In this document: piece by piece, positions 51,117 to 64,000 of the stretch
Position numbering within the stretch: position 1 is the stretch's first letter
How the letters are laid out: the number at the start of each line of letters is the position of its first letter
NCBI GenBank assembly: GCA_963796455.1
Contig: CAWCLO010000002.1
Span: forward strand, 160,001 to 224,000
Reading direction: 5' to 3'
DNA: 64,000 nucleotides
DNA from: Candidatus Sulfomarinibacteraceae bacterium
GTDB taxonomy: Bacteria > Acidobacteriota > Thermoanaerobaculia > Thermoanaerobaculales > Sulfomarinibacteraceae
Program-made: the position numbers and the translations under genes
Notes under the pieces: model-generated
Told to the model about the DNA's origin: nothing
Database searches by the model: none
What the model saw: the letters and a program-made list of their open reading frames with translations, nothing else

Positions 51117-53431
51117 TCATCTTAGGGTCATGTCATGGGTTGGTTGATGGCCGTTGTCGACATCGAGGAAACCGAAGTGGCGGATCCCTTCGAGAATGCC
51201 GCGCGCATGCTCTGCCGTCGCGAAGTGGATTCCCCTGCGCCCGCGGAGCCCACGGAGCTCACGACTGAAGTTGCCGACCACGACAGCTTGCTCGGCACTC
51301 TTGAGCATGAGGGCGTCGTTCCCCGAGTCGCCGGCCACCAGGACCTGGCCTCGGTTGAACCCCCAGCGAAGCGCCAGGTGTCTCACCGCCTGCCCTTTCG
51401 ATGCCTTGGCGGGGAGAAGATCGAGGTACTTCGAGTGCGAGGCGATCGCCGTGGCCCGAAGACCTCGGTCTCGTAGTCGGCGGCGGATTTCGGAGGAACC
51501 AGGCCACCGATCTGATTCGGTGAAGTAGCTGACCTTGAGCGGGCTCTGGTTTCGCTTCGGCTGCAGCTTGAGACCGGGGACATCCTCGAGCGCTTCACGA
51601 ATCCCGTCCGGATCCCACTCGCGATCGATGTGTCGGCGCCAACTGAGGTCCTCGACGGGGTATCCGCGCCAGTAGTGAATCTCGCTGCCCACCGACGTGA
51701 TCAGAGCATCCGGGATCGGAATCGACCACCGGGAAAGGACCCCTAGCGCGCCCTTCAGGTCTCGGCCGGTTGCGACGCCGAACGCAACGCGTTCGCGATG
51801 GTCCCCGAGCCAGGAAGCGAACTCCTTCGCTGCCTCGAGATCGCCCAGGAGGGTGTTGTCGATATCGCAGACGAGGAGACGGTCGGCGAGCACCATTCGT
51901 GCCGGAGGCGCCGCCGGTGTCAGCGGTCGCCGACGTCGGATGCGCTTCACGTCGCGGAGATACCGTTTCGCGTGCCCCGACCACGAGAAATGAGTGTCCG
52001 CACCACGAACCCCGGCCCGCGATCGTCGACTCCATTGGGTGCCGTCCTGAAGGACCTCGAGAAGACCGTCCGCGATGGAAGATGCATCCATGGGATCGAC
52101 CGACACGCCGTTCTTGCATTTCTCGATGATCTCGGTCGGACCACCGTCGTGGGTTGCCACAATCGGCAGGCCGCTCGCGGCCGCCTCGATCAGCGTCAGA
52201 CCGAAGGGCCCGGTGACGGCCGGGTTGACGAAGACTCCGCGCCGGCGGGTGGCGAGTCGGTAAACCTCGGCAACGTCGTCTGCCGTGTGGGTTTTGGGAT
52301 ACGCGACGCGACCGTATAGATCGAATGTGTCGATGAGGTGCAGCATCTGCTGCACGATCATCCGTTGCGCCTCGGAAGGTCGTCGAGATCGTCTCGATCG
52401 CCGATGAGCAGCACCAGATTCGCCCGTTCGCGCAGCTCCTCGTGCTCGCCGTATGCCCGGATCAGTGTTTCCAGGTTTTTACGCTCGTCCGGCCGTTGCA
52501 CCGCGAGGATCATCGGCTTCTTTGGTTCTCGGAGAAACCGGTCGATCTCGCCCGCAAACTGAATCTCCTCTCCTCGTCGAGGAGGCCGGAACCGGTCGAG
52601 ATTGACCCCGGGTGCGTTGACAACCATCCGGTTGGTGGCGTTGACATCGTACATCCCGTATTGTTCGGCCACCTCCTGGAGGTGCTGGCGATCACAGGTC
52701 GGCGCCCTCGAGGACACGCTCCTCGGCGTTGATGCGCCGGGTGATGTTGTAGCGCGATTCGATGGATTCAGCGGCTCAATCCCTTCTCGAGCAAACGCTG
52801 ACGCTTGACGCGTCCAAGAGAGTGAGTGGTGTAAACGATTGGCGAGCCCAGCAGCTTGCCCAGCCGCAATCCCGACCACGCCGGCGTCCGGGTAGTGACC
52901 GTGGACGATGTCGGGCACCCGCCCAAGTCTCTCTGAAGTGCAGCAGCGCGTTGTCGACGAACTGCGGCAGGTAGGGCCAGAGCGACTCTTTGTGCAGATA
53001 GCGGTGCGGGCCGAACGGGACGCGGACGATCCACGCGCGTTCGGTCAAAGGCTCGATATGGCTCGGCGTAATCCGGCGCGACGTTGGTTGACAAGATCTG
53101 GCGGGTCATGAGCTCGACCCGGGCGACCTCGGGACGGCGCGACAGAGCCCGGGCGAGCTCCAGGACATAGAGCACCTGGCCGCCGGTGTCAGCATCGCGG
53201 CCCAGCTCGGGGTTGTCGCCCCGGATCAGCCCGTGGGCGCTGACGAGGCAGATGAAGAGACCGTCGTGGAGTCGACGACCTTGAGACCCTTCCCGGCGCC
53301 GCAGCGGGCGCCGGGGAGGGTCCCGGCGATGGCGGCGGCGCCGCCGGGATGCAACGACAGCCTCGGGACGGTGGCCGTTGCCGATGGAGAACCGCGGCCG
53401 TCGGGGTCGAACGAGACTGTAAGATTTTCAT
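51117..53431 (-). CDS. sps: Sucrose-phosphate synthase fused to a HAD (SPP-like) domain, multiple frameshifts, start approximate
   Basis: [74 protein letters not shown]. Confidence 0.88.
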
Positions 53432-53603
53432 GTCTTCGTGTACCTTTTACCGGGTGTTTCGGCCGGTCGCCCGGCTGGTTCGAACGTGCGGCCCATGCTT
53501 GTTGATCGCTGAGTCGACGGCGCGTACGTGTTGCCGCTCTCGGCATTCACTCATAGATATTTGCAATCTCCGTACCGGCGACCGCGGCTCGGGAGCATCC
53601 GGT

Positions 53604-53619
53604 TGGCACGAGGCTCGCA
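53604..53619 (+). promoter_or_regulatory. Sigma-54 -24/-12 promoter upstream of the MscS gene
   Basis: TGGCACG-AGGC-TCGCA, one mismatch to TGGCACG-N4-TTGC. Confidence 0.6.
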
Positions 53620-53702
53620 TCATGGTGGCGTGGCGGTGTGCGAGCGGGTTTCGATCGCGATCCGGTCCTGCCGCCGAATCCCGACGCAGGAGGCCATCAG
53701 CT

Positions 53703-54831
53703 ATGCCGGACCGTGCCGCAGGACTTCTCACCTCGCTCTCTCCAGCCTCGACAATCTTCCGATTCTCGGAATCACCGTCGCCGGCAACCCCGGTTGGCGG
53801 TGGCTGCTCGCGGTCGCGATGGTGTGGTGCTCTATGCCGGATTGAAGCTCGTTCTCGGTCAGTTGGCCGCCAGGCTCGCCGCCTGGCGGACACGACCTCC
53901 AATACGGTGGACGATCTCGTCGTGGACGTCCTGCGATCGACCGGTCGCCTGTTCTTCGTCCGCCGTGGCCGTGCTCGGCGCGAGCACGGTCCTCGAGCTC
54001 GGCGAGACGGCGGCGGACGTGCGGCGGTGGTTCGCCGTCATCGTCGCTGAGTCTCCAGGTCGGCCTGTGGGCGCAGCGGGCGCTCTCGTTCTGGTTCGAC
54101 ACTGCAGCGCGGCGAGCTTCTCGAGACCGATCCCGGGGCGGTCACGACCCTCCAAGGTCTCTCGTATCTTGTCCGAGGCGCGCTCTGGGTGGCGGTCGCC
54201 GTCTTCGTGCTCGACAATCTGGGTTACAACGTCAGCGCGCTGCTCGCGGGTCTCGGCATCGGCGGCGTCGCGGTGGCGTTGGCGCTGCAGAATGTCCTCG
54301 GCGATCTCTTCGCCTCGCTCTCCATCGCCCTCGACAAGCCCTTCGTCACCGGCGACTTCATCATCGTCGACGACAAGCTCGGGACGGTCTCGCGGGTCGG
54401 ACTGAAGACGACACGGGTGATGAGCCTGTCGGGCGAGCAACTCGTCTTCTCCAACTCGGACCTGCTGAGCTCGCGGATCCGAAACTACAAGCGGATGGAG
54501 GAGCGCCGCGTCGCATTTTCGTTCGGCGTGCTCTACCAGACCACCATCGAGCAGCTCGAGGCGATCCCGGAAATGGTGCGGGAGATCATCGAAGAACACG
54601 CCCGAGACCCGGTTCGACCGAGCCCATTTCAAGGAGTTCGGCGACTCCGCCTACGTCTTCGAGGTGGTCTACTACGTGTCAAGCTCCGACTACAACGTCT
54701 ACATGGATTGCCAACAGGCCATCAACCTCGAGCTCTGTCGACGCTTCGACGAGCGCGACATCGATTTCGCCTACCCGACCCGGACGCTGCACCTGGAGTC
54801 CCACACCGGACCCGCGCTGGTTCGTATTTGA
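53703..54831 (+). CDS. MscS-family mechanosensitive channel, frameshifted
   Basis: LLAGLGIGGVAVALALQNVLGDLFAS, DKPFVTGDFI, GLKTTR, IRNYKRM, IDFAYPTRTL. Confidence 0.88.
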
Positions 54832-55300
54832 TCCCGTGGTTCGTCCGCAAACGCCCCTCGAAATCGGATAACAGAAACAGTCTGACGCTCGTTCGGCACA
54901 CACCGAACCGGCAGACGTGTTCGCCGTCAGAGTTGGACGGAGGGACGTGACCGGAGCAGGCCCGTGCCGCACGGCCGGTGTGCTCCGGTCAATGTGTCGA
55001 TTCGGCGCCGATCATGAGCGCCTCGATTTCGTCGAGTCGAGAACCCTCGCCCCAGAGACAATAGATCTAATCGCGCACGACGAGCTCGGCGAGATCGCCC
55101 CACTCCTCATGCCGGGGCGTCCGACGGATCTTGACGACCACGAGTTTCGAGGGGATGTCTTCTTCCGCGAGGCTTCAGGCCCGGGGCCGCGTCGAGGCCT
55201 CACCACGAATGGCATCGACAGTCGCCGACCGTGAGTTTGCCGACGCGCATCCGCGTTTGGGTATAGTGGCCACGATCGTGGTGGAGCGAGGAGAAAGCTT

Positions 55301-56420
55301 GTGAGCGAGGTTTTCGACGGCGAATCACATCCGTTCGTTGCGGCCGTCCGGCGTGATGACGACACTGTCAGCGAGGCGGAACGGCAGTTGCGACGGCTCG
55401 ACACCGCGCTCGACGTCGGTATCGCAATCGTTGACGGGCTCGGGCGTCCCAGGTTTATCGGCGACCATGCCCGGCAACAGCTCGGGATCGTCGATACCGA
55501 CGAACCGAACGACGCAGCCGGGCGCATCCTCGGTGTGTTGCGCCCGGGCATCGCCGCGGCCGTGAGTGCCGGCGATGCTCGGGAACGAGTCATCACAGTG
55601 ACCGGAAGTGATGGAGCACCACGCGATTACGAGGTCAAGATCGTACCGCTGTCGAGTAGCGGGTCGAGCGAGGCCCTTGTACAGCTTCGGGATGTCTCTC
55701 GCGTGGAGCTGCTCGAGCAGACCCTGCTGGAGGCCGCCCGGCTGCGCGCCCTGACGCGGCTCTCCCTGGGCATTGCCCACGATCTGCGGGCCCCGATGAA
55801 CGCCATCACCCTCAATCTCGTCAATCTGAAGGACAGCCTGGCCGACAGCGGGTGGTCGGGAGCGGACGAGCATTGCGAGGTCATCGAGATGCTCGAGGGC
55901 GAGCTCCGGCATCTGCAACGGTCGGTGGAGACGTTGCTGACGCAGACCTCGCCGGTGCGCATGGAGGCGGAGGTCTTTTCCGTCGGAGAGGTGATCGAAG
56001 AGATCAAAGGGCTGATGCAGGCCCAGGCCCGCCAGAAGCATCTGACGCTGGAAGTCGTGGCAACCGCTGGACAGGTCGCGGTTCGGGCGCACCGCGACTG
56101 GATCAAACAGGCGATCATCAACCTGGTGGTCAACGCCCTCGACGCGACGCCCAGGGGCGGGACGGTCGTCATCGAGGCGGCGGCGGACGACGATTGGGCG
56201 GTGGTCACCGTGAGCGACACCGGGCCCGGCATTCCTCGGCACATCGCCGAGCGCCTTTTCGAACGCGCCGCGACGACCAAGCCGCGGGGAGTTGGGATCG
56301 GGCTCGCGATGGCGAAAGCGGCCGTCGAGGCGGCGGAAGGCCGTCTCGATCTGATCCGTTCGGACGACAGCGGCGCCTGCTTCGAAATCCGCATCCCGCT
56401 GGAACATGGAGAGGAGTGCC

Positions 56421-56434
<14 letters not shown>
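55301..56434 (+). CDS. Cytoplasmic sensor histidine kinase (PAS-like N-terminus)
   Basis: IAHDLRAPMN H-box, NLVVNALDA, DTGPGI, GVGIGL; no TM helix seen. Confidence 0.92.
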
Positions 56435-57785
<1,351 letters not shown>

Positions 57786-57809
57786 CCCCCGGTCGGAGGC
57801 GCCGTGAAA

Positions 57810-57910
57810 GCGATGACCCACGATCTCGGGTGGCCCCGAAGCTCGTGCTGATCGTCCTGATGTGGGTCGGCCGGCTCGAGATCATGGCGGTGGCAGTCCT
57901 GGTCGCGACA
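57810..57910 (+). pseudogene. Remnant C-terminus of a TrkH K+ uptake protein
   Basis: PKLVLIVLMWVGRLEIMAVAVL, the TrkH M..GRLEI motif. Confidence 0.65.
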
Positions 57911-58025
57911 CCGGTGCGACTGGACGAAAATCTCCTCGTCGGGCGCCAGGTGACAGACGGCGACTCAGAGGGAAACGGCGACGATCTGCGTTGATCGAGA
58001 TCCGATCGGACCGGAGCCGCATTCG

Positions 58026-58484
58026 TCAATCGTCCTCGGGATCCGGAGGGACGGTCAGCACCGGGCACGGCGCGAGCCGGACGACCTTCTCCGCCACCGA
58101 GCCGATGAGCATCCGCGCCAGCCCGGTTTCGCCATTGGTGGCGAGGATGATCAGATCGGTGTCGTTCTCGGTCGCGTAGTTCGCGATCTCGTGTGCGGCG
58201 CTGCCCATCTTCACCGATGAAACGACTGGGACTCCACTCTCGATGTCGTTCTCGACCACCGTCTCGATGGTCTCTCTCGCGTGCGCGTCCATCGACTTGA
58301 TGTACTCCGTCATGGCCGGCGCGGCATGTCCGACCATGGATGCCATGGCCGGCACGGATGGCAACACGTGCAGCACATCCACACGGGCGGCGAACTGGCG
58401 TGCGAGACCGTTGACCAGCGGAAGTGCCCGTTGCGCCTCGTCGCTGAAGTCGGTGGGCCACAGGATGCGTTTGATGGCGTTCAT
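58026..58484 (-). CDS. Universal stress protein (UspA family)
   Basis: ILWPTDFS, DLIILATNG, IGSVAEKVVRLAPCPVLTV. Confidence 0.95.
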   Translation of the reverse strand: MNAIKRILWPTDFSDEAQRALPLVNGLARQFAARVDVLHVLPSVPAMASMVGHAAPAMTEYIKSMDAHARETIETVVENDIESGVPVVSSVKMGSAAHEIANYATENDTDLIILATNGETGLARMLIGSVAEKVVRLAPCPVLTVPPDPEDD

Positions 58485-58510
58485 ACTGTCCTCCCTTCGC
58501 CGAAGACTGT

Positions 58511-58526
58511 CGCAAATGCCGTGCCA
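58511..58526 (-). promoter_or_regulatory. Sigma-54 promoter of usp
   Basis: Minus strand TGGCACG-GCAT-TTGCG, a consensus -24/-12 match. Confidence 0.8.
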
Positions 58527-58709
58527 GGGCCCGGACCGACGTGGGGCGATCGTGGCGCCCGATCTCGCGCCGAGAATTGAAAAACTTTCACACCTCGAGG
58601 AAAGATTGACACGGGTTCGGGCATCGCGGGTGGACAATCCGTCCGACAGACGAGGGCTGTTCCCACTGCCGGCAGGGGTCGTCGCCGCGCGGGCTTGGAC
58701 AGGCCCGGC

Positions 58710-58725
58710 TGGCATCGTCTTTGCT
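58710..58725 (+). promoter_or_regulatory. Sigma-54 promoter of the BON gene
   Basis: TGGCATC-GTCT-TTGCT. Confidence 0.7.
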
Positions 58726-58762
58726 TCATAAACTGTTGCGCCCAGCGACCGAAGGAGACAGC

Positions 58763-59578
58763 ATGGTGTTTTTCAACGACGAGCAGATCAGAAACGAGGT
58801 GATCGCCGAACTCGCCACGGATCACCGCATCGACGCCTCGGACGTCAGTGTCGAGGTCAGCCAGGGGATCGTCAAGCTCGATGGGACGGTTCCCAGCGCC
58901 ACAGAGCTCACCCGCGCGAGCGCCGGCGCGGCGATGGTCGTTGGTGGCGCAAACATCGTCGACGCGCTGTCCATTCGATCGCCGAGAGCGTCGAATCTGT
59001 CCGACGACGGTGCCATCAAGGTCTCGCTTGGCCGAATGCTGGCTACGGAGCCGGAGATCGACCCGTCCCGAATCATGGTTATGGTCCAGGATCGGCGGGT
59101 CTCCCTCGAAGGATCGGTGGACGCCGAGTGGAAGAAGAGCTACGTCGAAGCGTTGATCGCCCGGCGGCCCGAGGTTCTGGATGTGGAGAGCGCGCTGACC
59201 GTGGTCCCGACCAGGGACGCGGCGGATCAGGCGACCGCCGACGATCTCGTCCGCGCCCTGGATCGCCATCCCTTGATCGGCGACCACAACCTGGTGGTGC
59301 GGGTCGAGGATGGCGCCGTCACCCTTTCGGGCCCGGTCGGCTCGGACGCCGCGCGTGAGGCGGCGGTGCTACTCGCGACGTACATGTTCGGCGTAACCGA
59401 TGTGAGGGACGAGATCACCATCGTCAGATCCGAGCCCCTGATCTACGCAGGAGCCGGCGAATCAGCCATGGCAGCGAGGCATCGGCCCGCGCTATACGAA
59501 CTCGAATCCACAGGGAGGATGACACATGAAACTCACTCGATTGTTCTACGTACGCAAGTCTTGCCGTGCTCGTCGTGA
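58763..59578 (+). CDS. Triple BON (OsmY-like) domain protein; the 3' end may be extended by a frameshift
   Basis: Three VxVxxGxVxLxGxV units; AAGGAG RBS before ATG 58763. Confidence 0.88.
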   Translation: MVFFNDEQIRNEVIAELATDHRIDASDVSVEVSQGIVKLDGTVPSATELTRASAGAAMVVGGANIVDALSIRSPRASNLSDDGAIKVSLGRMLATEPEIDPSRIMVMVQDRRVSLEGSVDAEWKKSYVEALIARRPEVLDVESALTVVPTRDAADQATADDLVRALDRHPLIGDHNLVVRVEDGAVTLSGPVGSDAAREAAVLLATYMFGVTDVRDEITIVRSEPLIYAGAGESAMAARHRPALYELESTGRMTHETHSIVLRTQVLPCSS

Positions 59579-60270
59579 CCGCCGCGGCGTGCGGCGCCGA
59601 CAGCCCTCCGGATGAGGGTCTGGTCGAGGACCTGGGTACGCTGATGCCCGGGGAGCCCGAGGTGCCGGACGCGGCCGAGGCGGCGCCTGACAACGTGACG
59701 GTGCTCTTTGCCGACGACCTCGTGCACGCATCGAGGATCATGCTTCGTCCCGGAGAGAGCGTGCCGGAGATCGAGACCGGCCATCGCCTGTACTTCCAGC
59801 CCTTCGGTACCGCCGAGCTGGCCGTGGACACGAGCGACGAGACCACGATGACGACGTTGACCGGCGGGGACGTGTACCAGGTCGAGCCGGGTCGGGTTTC
59901 GATCACCAACGTCGGGACGCTGCCCATCGAAATCATCGAGGTGGCTCGAACCGAGGTCGGTCTTCCCGAGTTCCTCGAAACCGAGGCGGCGAACGAGATC
60001 GGAGGCGACAGCGTTCTGCTGAACAACGACCAAGTGCGCGTGCTGGAGCTGATCCTCGAGGCCGGAGAGACCGCCGAGCTGAGTCCGGCGCCGGTCCGGC
60101 TGGTCTTCTCCATGACGGACTCGACCGTGGAGTATCGCTCGGCGGACGGTGCGACCGTGGAGATCCCCTCCGGTGCGTCGGCCGCCTACGCTCGGCCGGG
60201 CGACGATCTCTCGGTCCGTAACCCCGGTGATGACCCGGTGACCATCGTACTCTTTGACTGGTTCGTTTGA
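59526..60270 (+). CDS. Acidic lipoprotein with tandem cupin-like domains (frameshift in the signal peptide)
   Basis: GGAGG-ATG at 59526; ASLAVLVVTAAA|C lipobox; LLNNDQVRVLELILEAGE; same architecture as 49004-49747. Confidence 0.65.
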
Positions 60271-60468
60271 TCCGCCCGCGAGATCGGCGCCGAGCTCGAC
60301 GTTCGGTCGAAGGAGGACGCCCGCACCGTGGTTGCCTGCACCTTGATCGAGGGGGTCGCGTGACAACGTCAGAGGGGGTCGCTCGGGGCTTGCCCCCACG
60401 CGGGGGCCGGTGCGCCCCGGGTTCATCAATCACGACGAAACTGATGTCATATGAGGTGGAGGTCAGCG

Positions 60469-60700
60469 ATGAACGTAACCACGAATCGCCAACGCATCAC
60501 TCACGAGTGGTCGGTCCTCAAAGGCCAGATCAAGGAGCAGTGGGGCAAGCTCACCGACGATGACCTTCTCGCCATCGCGGGTCAGCGAGAGCAGCTACTC
60601 GCGAGTATTCGTTGGCAGTACGGCCTGGCGGCCGACGAAGCGGAGCGCCAGGTCGAAGAGTGGGAAACAGGGTCGGTCTGGGGACAACCCGGGTGGATCA
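60469..60700 (+). CDS. CsbD/YjbJ stress protein domain (in frame with the downstream DUF302)
   Basis: WSVLKGQIKEQWGKLTDDDL..AGQREQL...YG..ADEAERQVEEW. Confidence 0.8.
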
Positions 60701-60759
60701 AGATCGCCACCATCGCGGATCCGCGGCCGCCACAACACGAGGAACCAGGGAGTCACACC

Positions 60760-61161
60760 ATGCGCGAAAGCGAATTTAACCTATCGGTGGACCTGCCGGA
60801 CCTCGATCACTATGAGGCAACCCGACGGGTCGTCGAGAAGCTCGGCGAGGAGGGTTTCGGGATCCTGACCGAGATCGACGTCAAGAAGACGCTCAAGAAG
60901 AAGCTCAACGTCGAGTACCCGCGATACGTCATTCTGGGTGCGTGCAATCCTCCGCTCGCCCACCGTGCGCTCGCCGCCGAGTTCGATATCGGTGTGCTGC
61001 TGCCATGCAACGTGGTCGTGGCCGAACGCCCGGGCGGCGGTTCCGTCGTCAGCGCCATGGATCCGGTTGCGGCCTTCGACCTGATCGACAATCCCAAGGT
61101 CGAACCCATCGCCCGGGAAGTCAGGCACAAGATGGAGCGCGTCCTCGGACAGCTCCCCTGA
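60760..61161 (+). CDS. DUF302 domain protein
   Basis: GFGILTEIDVKKTLKKKL, ILGACNP, GVLLPCNVVV. Confidence 0.9.
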   Translation: MRESEFNLSVDLPDLDHYEATRRVVEKLGEEGFGILTEIDVKKTLKKKLNVEYPRYVILGACNPPLAHRALAAEFDIGVLLPCNVVVAERPGGGSVVSAMDPVAAFDLIDNPKVEPIAREVRHKMERVLGQLP

Positions 61162-61507
61162 GTGCCCAGCGGGGGTGGGCGTGAAGAAGAAGATCGTCGA
61201 CGTACTTGGCGAGTTTGACCTTCCAGTCGACGCGGTATGACGTCGGCCGCAGTCCTGGAATCGGCACGGAGTCCTCGGGGGCAGTGCATGACCAAGCGCC
61301 CCCGGTCCATCCGGATCGAGCAACCAGACTGTGACTTCGTAATCCTGACCGTCTGCGGTTGTAATTCTTACCTGAAGGAACGCCCACGGCAGGTCGACGG
61401 GCGCCGGAATCTGCGCGTGAATAGGTTCGTTCTCGGATCTCGGTCACGACTTTGTGTGACGGTTGTCCTGGTTTGGTGAGCTGTCCGCACAGTTCGCATT
61501 GATACAT
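61121..61507 (-). CDS. Hypothetical or degraded ORF with an N-terminal CxxC (MYQCELCG)
   Basis: Plausible Zn-ribbon start with GAGG upstream; the remainder looks non-conserved or frameshifted. Confidence 0.3.
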   Translation of the reverse strand: MYQCELCGQLTKPGQPSHKVVTEIRERTYSRADSGARRPAVGVPSGKNYNRRRSGLRSHSLVARSGWTGGAWSCTAPEDSVPIPGLRPTSYRVDWKVKLAKYVDDLLLHAHPRWALRGAVRGRAPSCA

Positions 61508-61523
61508 TGGTTTGAAAGACCTC

Positions 61524-62940
61524 TCAGATGAGTGTGCTGTGGTGACCGCGGCCGACGCCCGCGGGGGCTGGGACGACCAGCGTCAGGATCACGAGGGCGA
61601 TCGCCGACACGCCGAGACCATAAAACACGGGATCCAGCGCGAGCGCGTTTTCATGACCGTCAGACTGACGGTGGTCGTGCCGCCGCCGACGATGCTCCAG
61701 AAGGCCGCGGTGCCGCTCGTGCGGCGCCAGAACAGGGCGCCGAGGGTTGGGAAGAACAGACCCGCCACCATGAACGAGTAGGCGAGGAGGATCGAGTCGA
61801 TGACCCGGGGTACATAGAGGGCGAAATCCCACCGAAGCAAAACCGACGACGAGCGTCAGGATGCGCGAAACGGTCAGCATCGATCGTCTCGGACGTCGCC
61901 GGCGCGAGGTGTTTGCCGATGATGTCGTCGACGAGGTTGCCGACGCTGGCGAGCAGGCACGAGTCGGCGGTGGACATGATGGCGGCGAAGTAGGCGGCGA
62001 GAATCAGACCGGTGGCGCCGACCGGGAGCACATCGCGAATCAACAGCGGCAGCCCCATCTCCGGGTCGGCGGCGGGATAGAGCACCCGCGCGAAAAGCCC
62101 GAGCGTCGCGCCGATGAACGCCATCGCCGGATACTCCAGCAGGCCTGCGAAGAACCAGGCCCGCCGGGCGGTGGCCACATCCCGCGAGGCGTGGATGCGC
62201 TGATACAGGGTCATGGCGACGAACCAGATCGGCACGATGGTGACCATCCACGTCGCCACCTGAAGACCGGTGACGTTGGTCAGCGAGAAGTACTCGGCGG
62301 GGAGCGCATCTCGAGCCCGGTCCAGCCGCCGACGGCGGTGTAGCCCAGCGGCAGTGCGAGAAGGATCAGGCCGAAAAGAGGATGCCCCACTGGATGGTGT
62401 CGGTGTAGACGACGGCCTGAAGGCCGCCGAGCGCGGTGTAGACGACGATGACGACCGACATGGTGAGCACCGCGGTCGTCAGGTCGAGCTCGAAGGCGGC
62501 CGAGGCGAGCTTGCCTCCGGCGAGCAGCTGAGAGCCGGTGAATCCGGCGTAGCCGACGGCGGAAACCAGCGCCGCGACGAGCCGCGTCGGCCCGCCGAAA
62601 CGGTGCGCGAGGAAGTCGGGGAACGAGCGGTGGTGTGGGCATCGCCCAGGGCCTTGACCCTCGGGACCAGCAACACCGCCGCCAGCCAGGCGCCGATGAG
62701 CCCGGAGAACAGAAGCCACGAGGCCGACAGGCCCATGACGAAGCCGAGCCCGCCGAGGCCGATGGAGAAACCGCCGCCGACATCGGTGGCGACGACCGAG
62801 AGGCCGATGTGACCGGCGCCCATGTCGCGGCCGCCGACGAAGTACTCGTCGAGGCCGGTCTGGCGGCGCTGAAAGTAAACACCCACCCCGAGCATGCCGA
62901 CGAAGTAGACGCCGAGGATGATGAAGTCGACGATCTGCAC
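61524..62940 (-). CDS. Sodium:solute symporter, paralog of 38851-40248, frameshifted
   Basis: Near-identical peptides ([41 protein letters not shown]) spread over several frames. Confidence 0.88.
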
Positions 62941-63094
62941 TGCGGGTCCGAGTCAGGAGGGTGTCGGGGAGAGGGGGTGGCGAAAATTCCATCGTGTGCA
63001 AAGTAACTGAAACTCGTCCGGCGTCAAACGCGACGCATGCGACGGATCCCGCGGACCACATGACGGGGACGACGGGTAGAATAACGACGGAGGC

Positions 63095-63660
63095 GTGCCG
63101 TCATGCCGATCGAGAAAAGCCACCCTCATCGATCGCAGCCGATTCACGACCACGCAGGTCATGGCGGCGCTGCGCAGGATCATCCGCGCGATCGACCTCC
63201 ACTCCCGCAGCCTGGTCCAGCGTTTCGGGCTGACAGGGCCGCAGCTGGTGGTCCTCAAGGAGCTCGTCGATAGCTCGCCCCGTCGGTGAGCGAGCTCGCT
63301 GCCGCGGTCAACCTCAGCCAGGCAACGGTGACCGGGATACTCGATCGGCTCGAACGCAAGGAAATGGTGTTCAGAGTGAGGGATCCGAGGACCGGCGGCG
63401 GGTGCTGGTGTCGCCCACGCCGGTTGCGGAGGAGGTCCTTGCCGGCGCGCCGCCGCTGCTGCAGGAGCACTTCACGAGGTTTCGCCGCCTTCCGGACTGG
63501 CAACAGACGCAGATCCTGTCCTCGCTGCAGCGGATCGTCGCCCTGATGGAGGCGGCGGACGTCGAGGCCGGACCCATCCTCACCACCGGGCCGCTGGACG
63601 CGACGCCGGAGAAGACCGAGGCGTTTCTCGAGACCGCGCCGGCGAGAGGGCGACGACGGT
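63095..63660 (+). CDS. EctR-like MarR regulator, paralog of 40411-40971, frameshifted
   Basis: QVMAALRRIIRAIDLHSR, LSQATVTGILDRLERK, ILSSLQRIVALMEA, GPLDATPE. Confidence 0.85.
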
Positions 63661-63664
63661 GCGG

Positions 63665-63692
63665 CGCGATCGCCGACCGGACGGCGATCGCG
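63665..63692. terminator. GC-rich hairpin after the second marR
   Basis: CGCGATCGCCG-ACCGGA-CGGCGATCGCG perfect 11-bp stem; no U-tract. Confidence 0.4.
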
Positions 63693-63826
63693 GCCTTGAG
63701 CGGGTCGTTATCGTCTTATGCTAATATTTAGGACGAAAGTAATTGACCATCGCACCAGACCGTCGAGCGGTCCCTTGCGGTCGACGCATGATTCCCCGTT
63801 GAGCGTCTCGACCGAGAGGAACCACC

Positions 63827-64000
63827 ATGTCCATATCCGACACCTGCCCTCGACCGCGATGCGGCGGCGAGGAACCCTGGTACAAACGGCGGACGATCTG
63901 GCGCGACGTGCCCATGAGCCAGTGGCGCGACTGGCACTGGCAGATGCGGAACCGGATCACCACCGCCGAGGAGCTCGCCCGCGTCATGCCGATGACGCCG
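63827..64000 (+). CDS. ablA: Second lysine 2,3-aminomutase, 5' part only
   Basis: PWYKRRTIWRDVPMSQWRDWHWQMRNRITTAEELARVMPMTP versus copy 1 PWYKERSIWRDVPMAQWNDWHWQMRHRVSTAEELARVIPMTP. Confidence 0.88.
   Translation, partial: MSISDTCPRPRCGGEEPWYKRRTIWRDVPMSQWRDWHWQMRNRITTAEELARVMPMTP

Overview
GC-rich bacterial window with no rRNA, tRNA, CRISPR array, transposase or integrase that I can support. The gene content is compatible with a marine or saline-sediment organism, possibly Acidobacteriota-like, but that is inference only. 0-17 kb: mixed catabolic and stress genes, plus a four-helix-bundle (23S-IVS/Avd-like) gene enclosed by inverted degenerate microsatellite arms. 17-64 kb: a large ion-homeostasis and osmoadaptation region. 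It holds two MscS-type channel genes plus a CmpX-like TM-helix protein, an FGase-QEGLA peptidase-GshB-like ATP-grasp operon facing an SLC12 cation-chloride cotransporter, tandem ppk2, an MgtE module, and a group 3b [NiFe] hydrogenase operon coupled to a Na/Pi cotransporter. It also holds an SSS-EctR-like MarR-ablAB (N-epsilon-acetyl-beta-lysine) module, amylosucrase, sucrose-phosphate synthase, an internally duplicated KamA-like radical SAM protein, and a sigma-54 two-component system with USP/BON/CsbD neighbours. A second, diverged SSS-MarR-ablA copy sits at the right edge. Beyond about 44 kb many genes carry single-base frameshifts, probably long-read consensus errors. Short remnants of unrelated genes fill several intergenic spaces.
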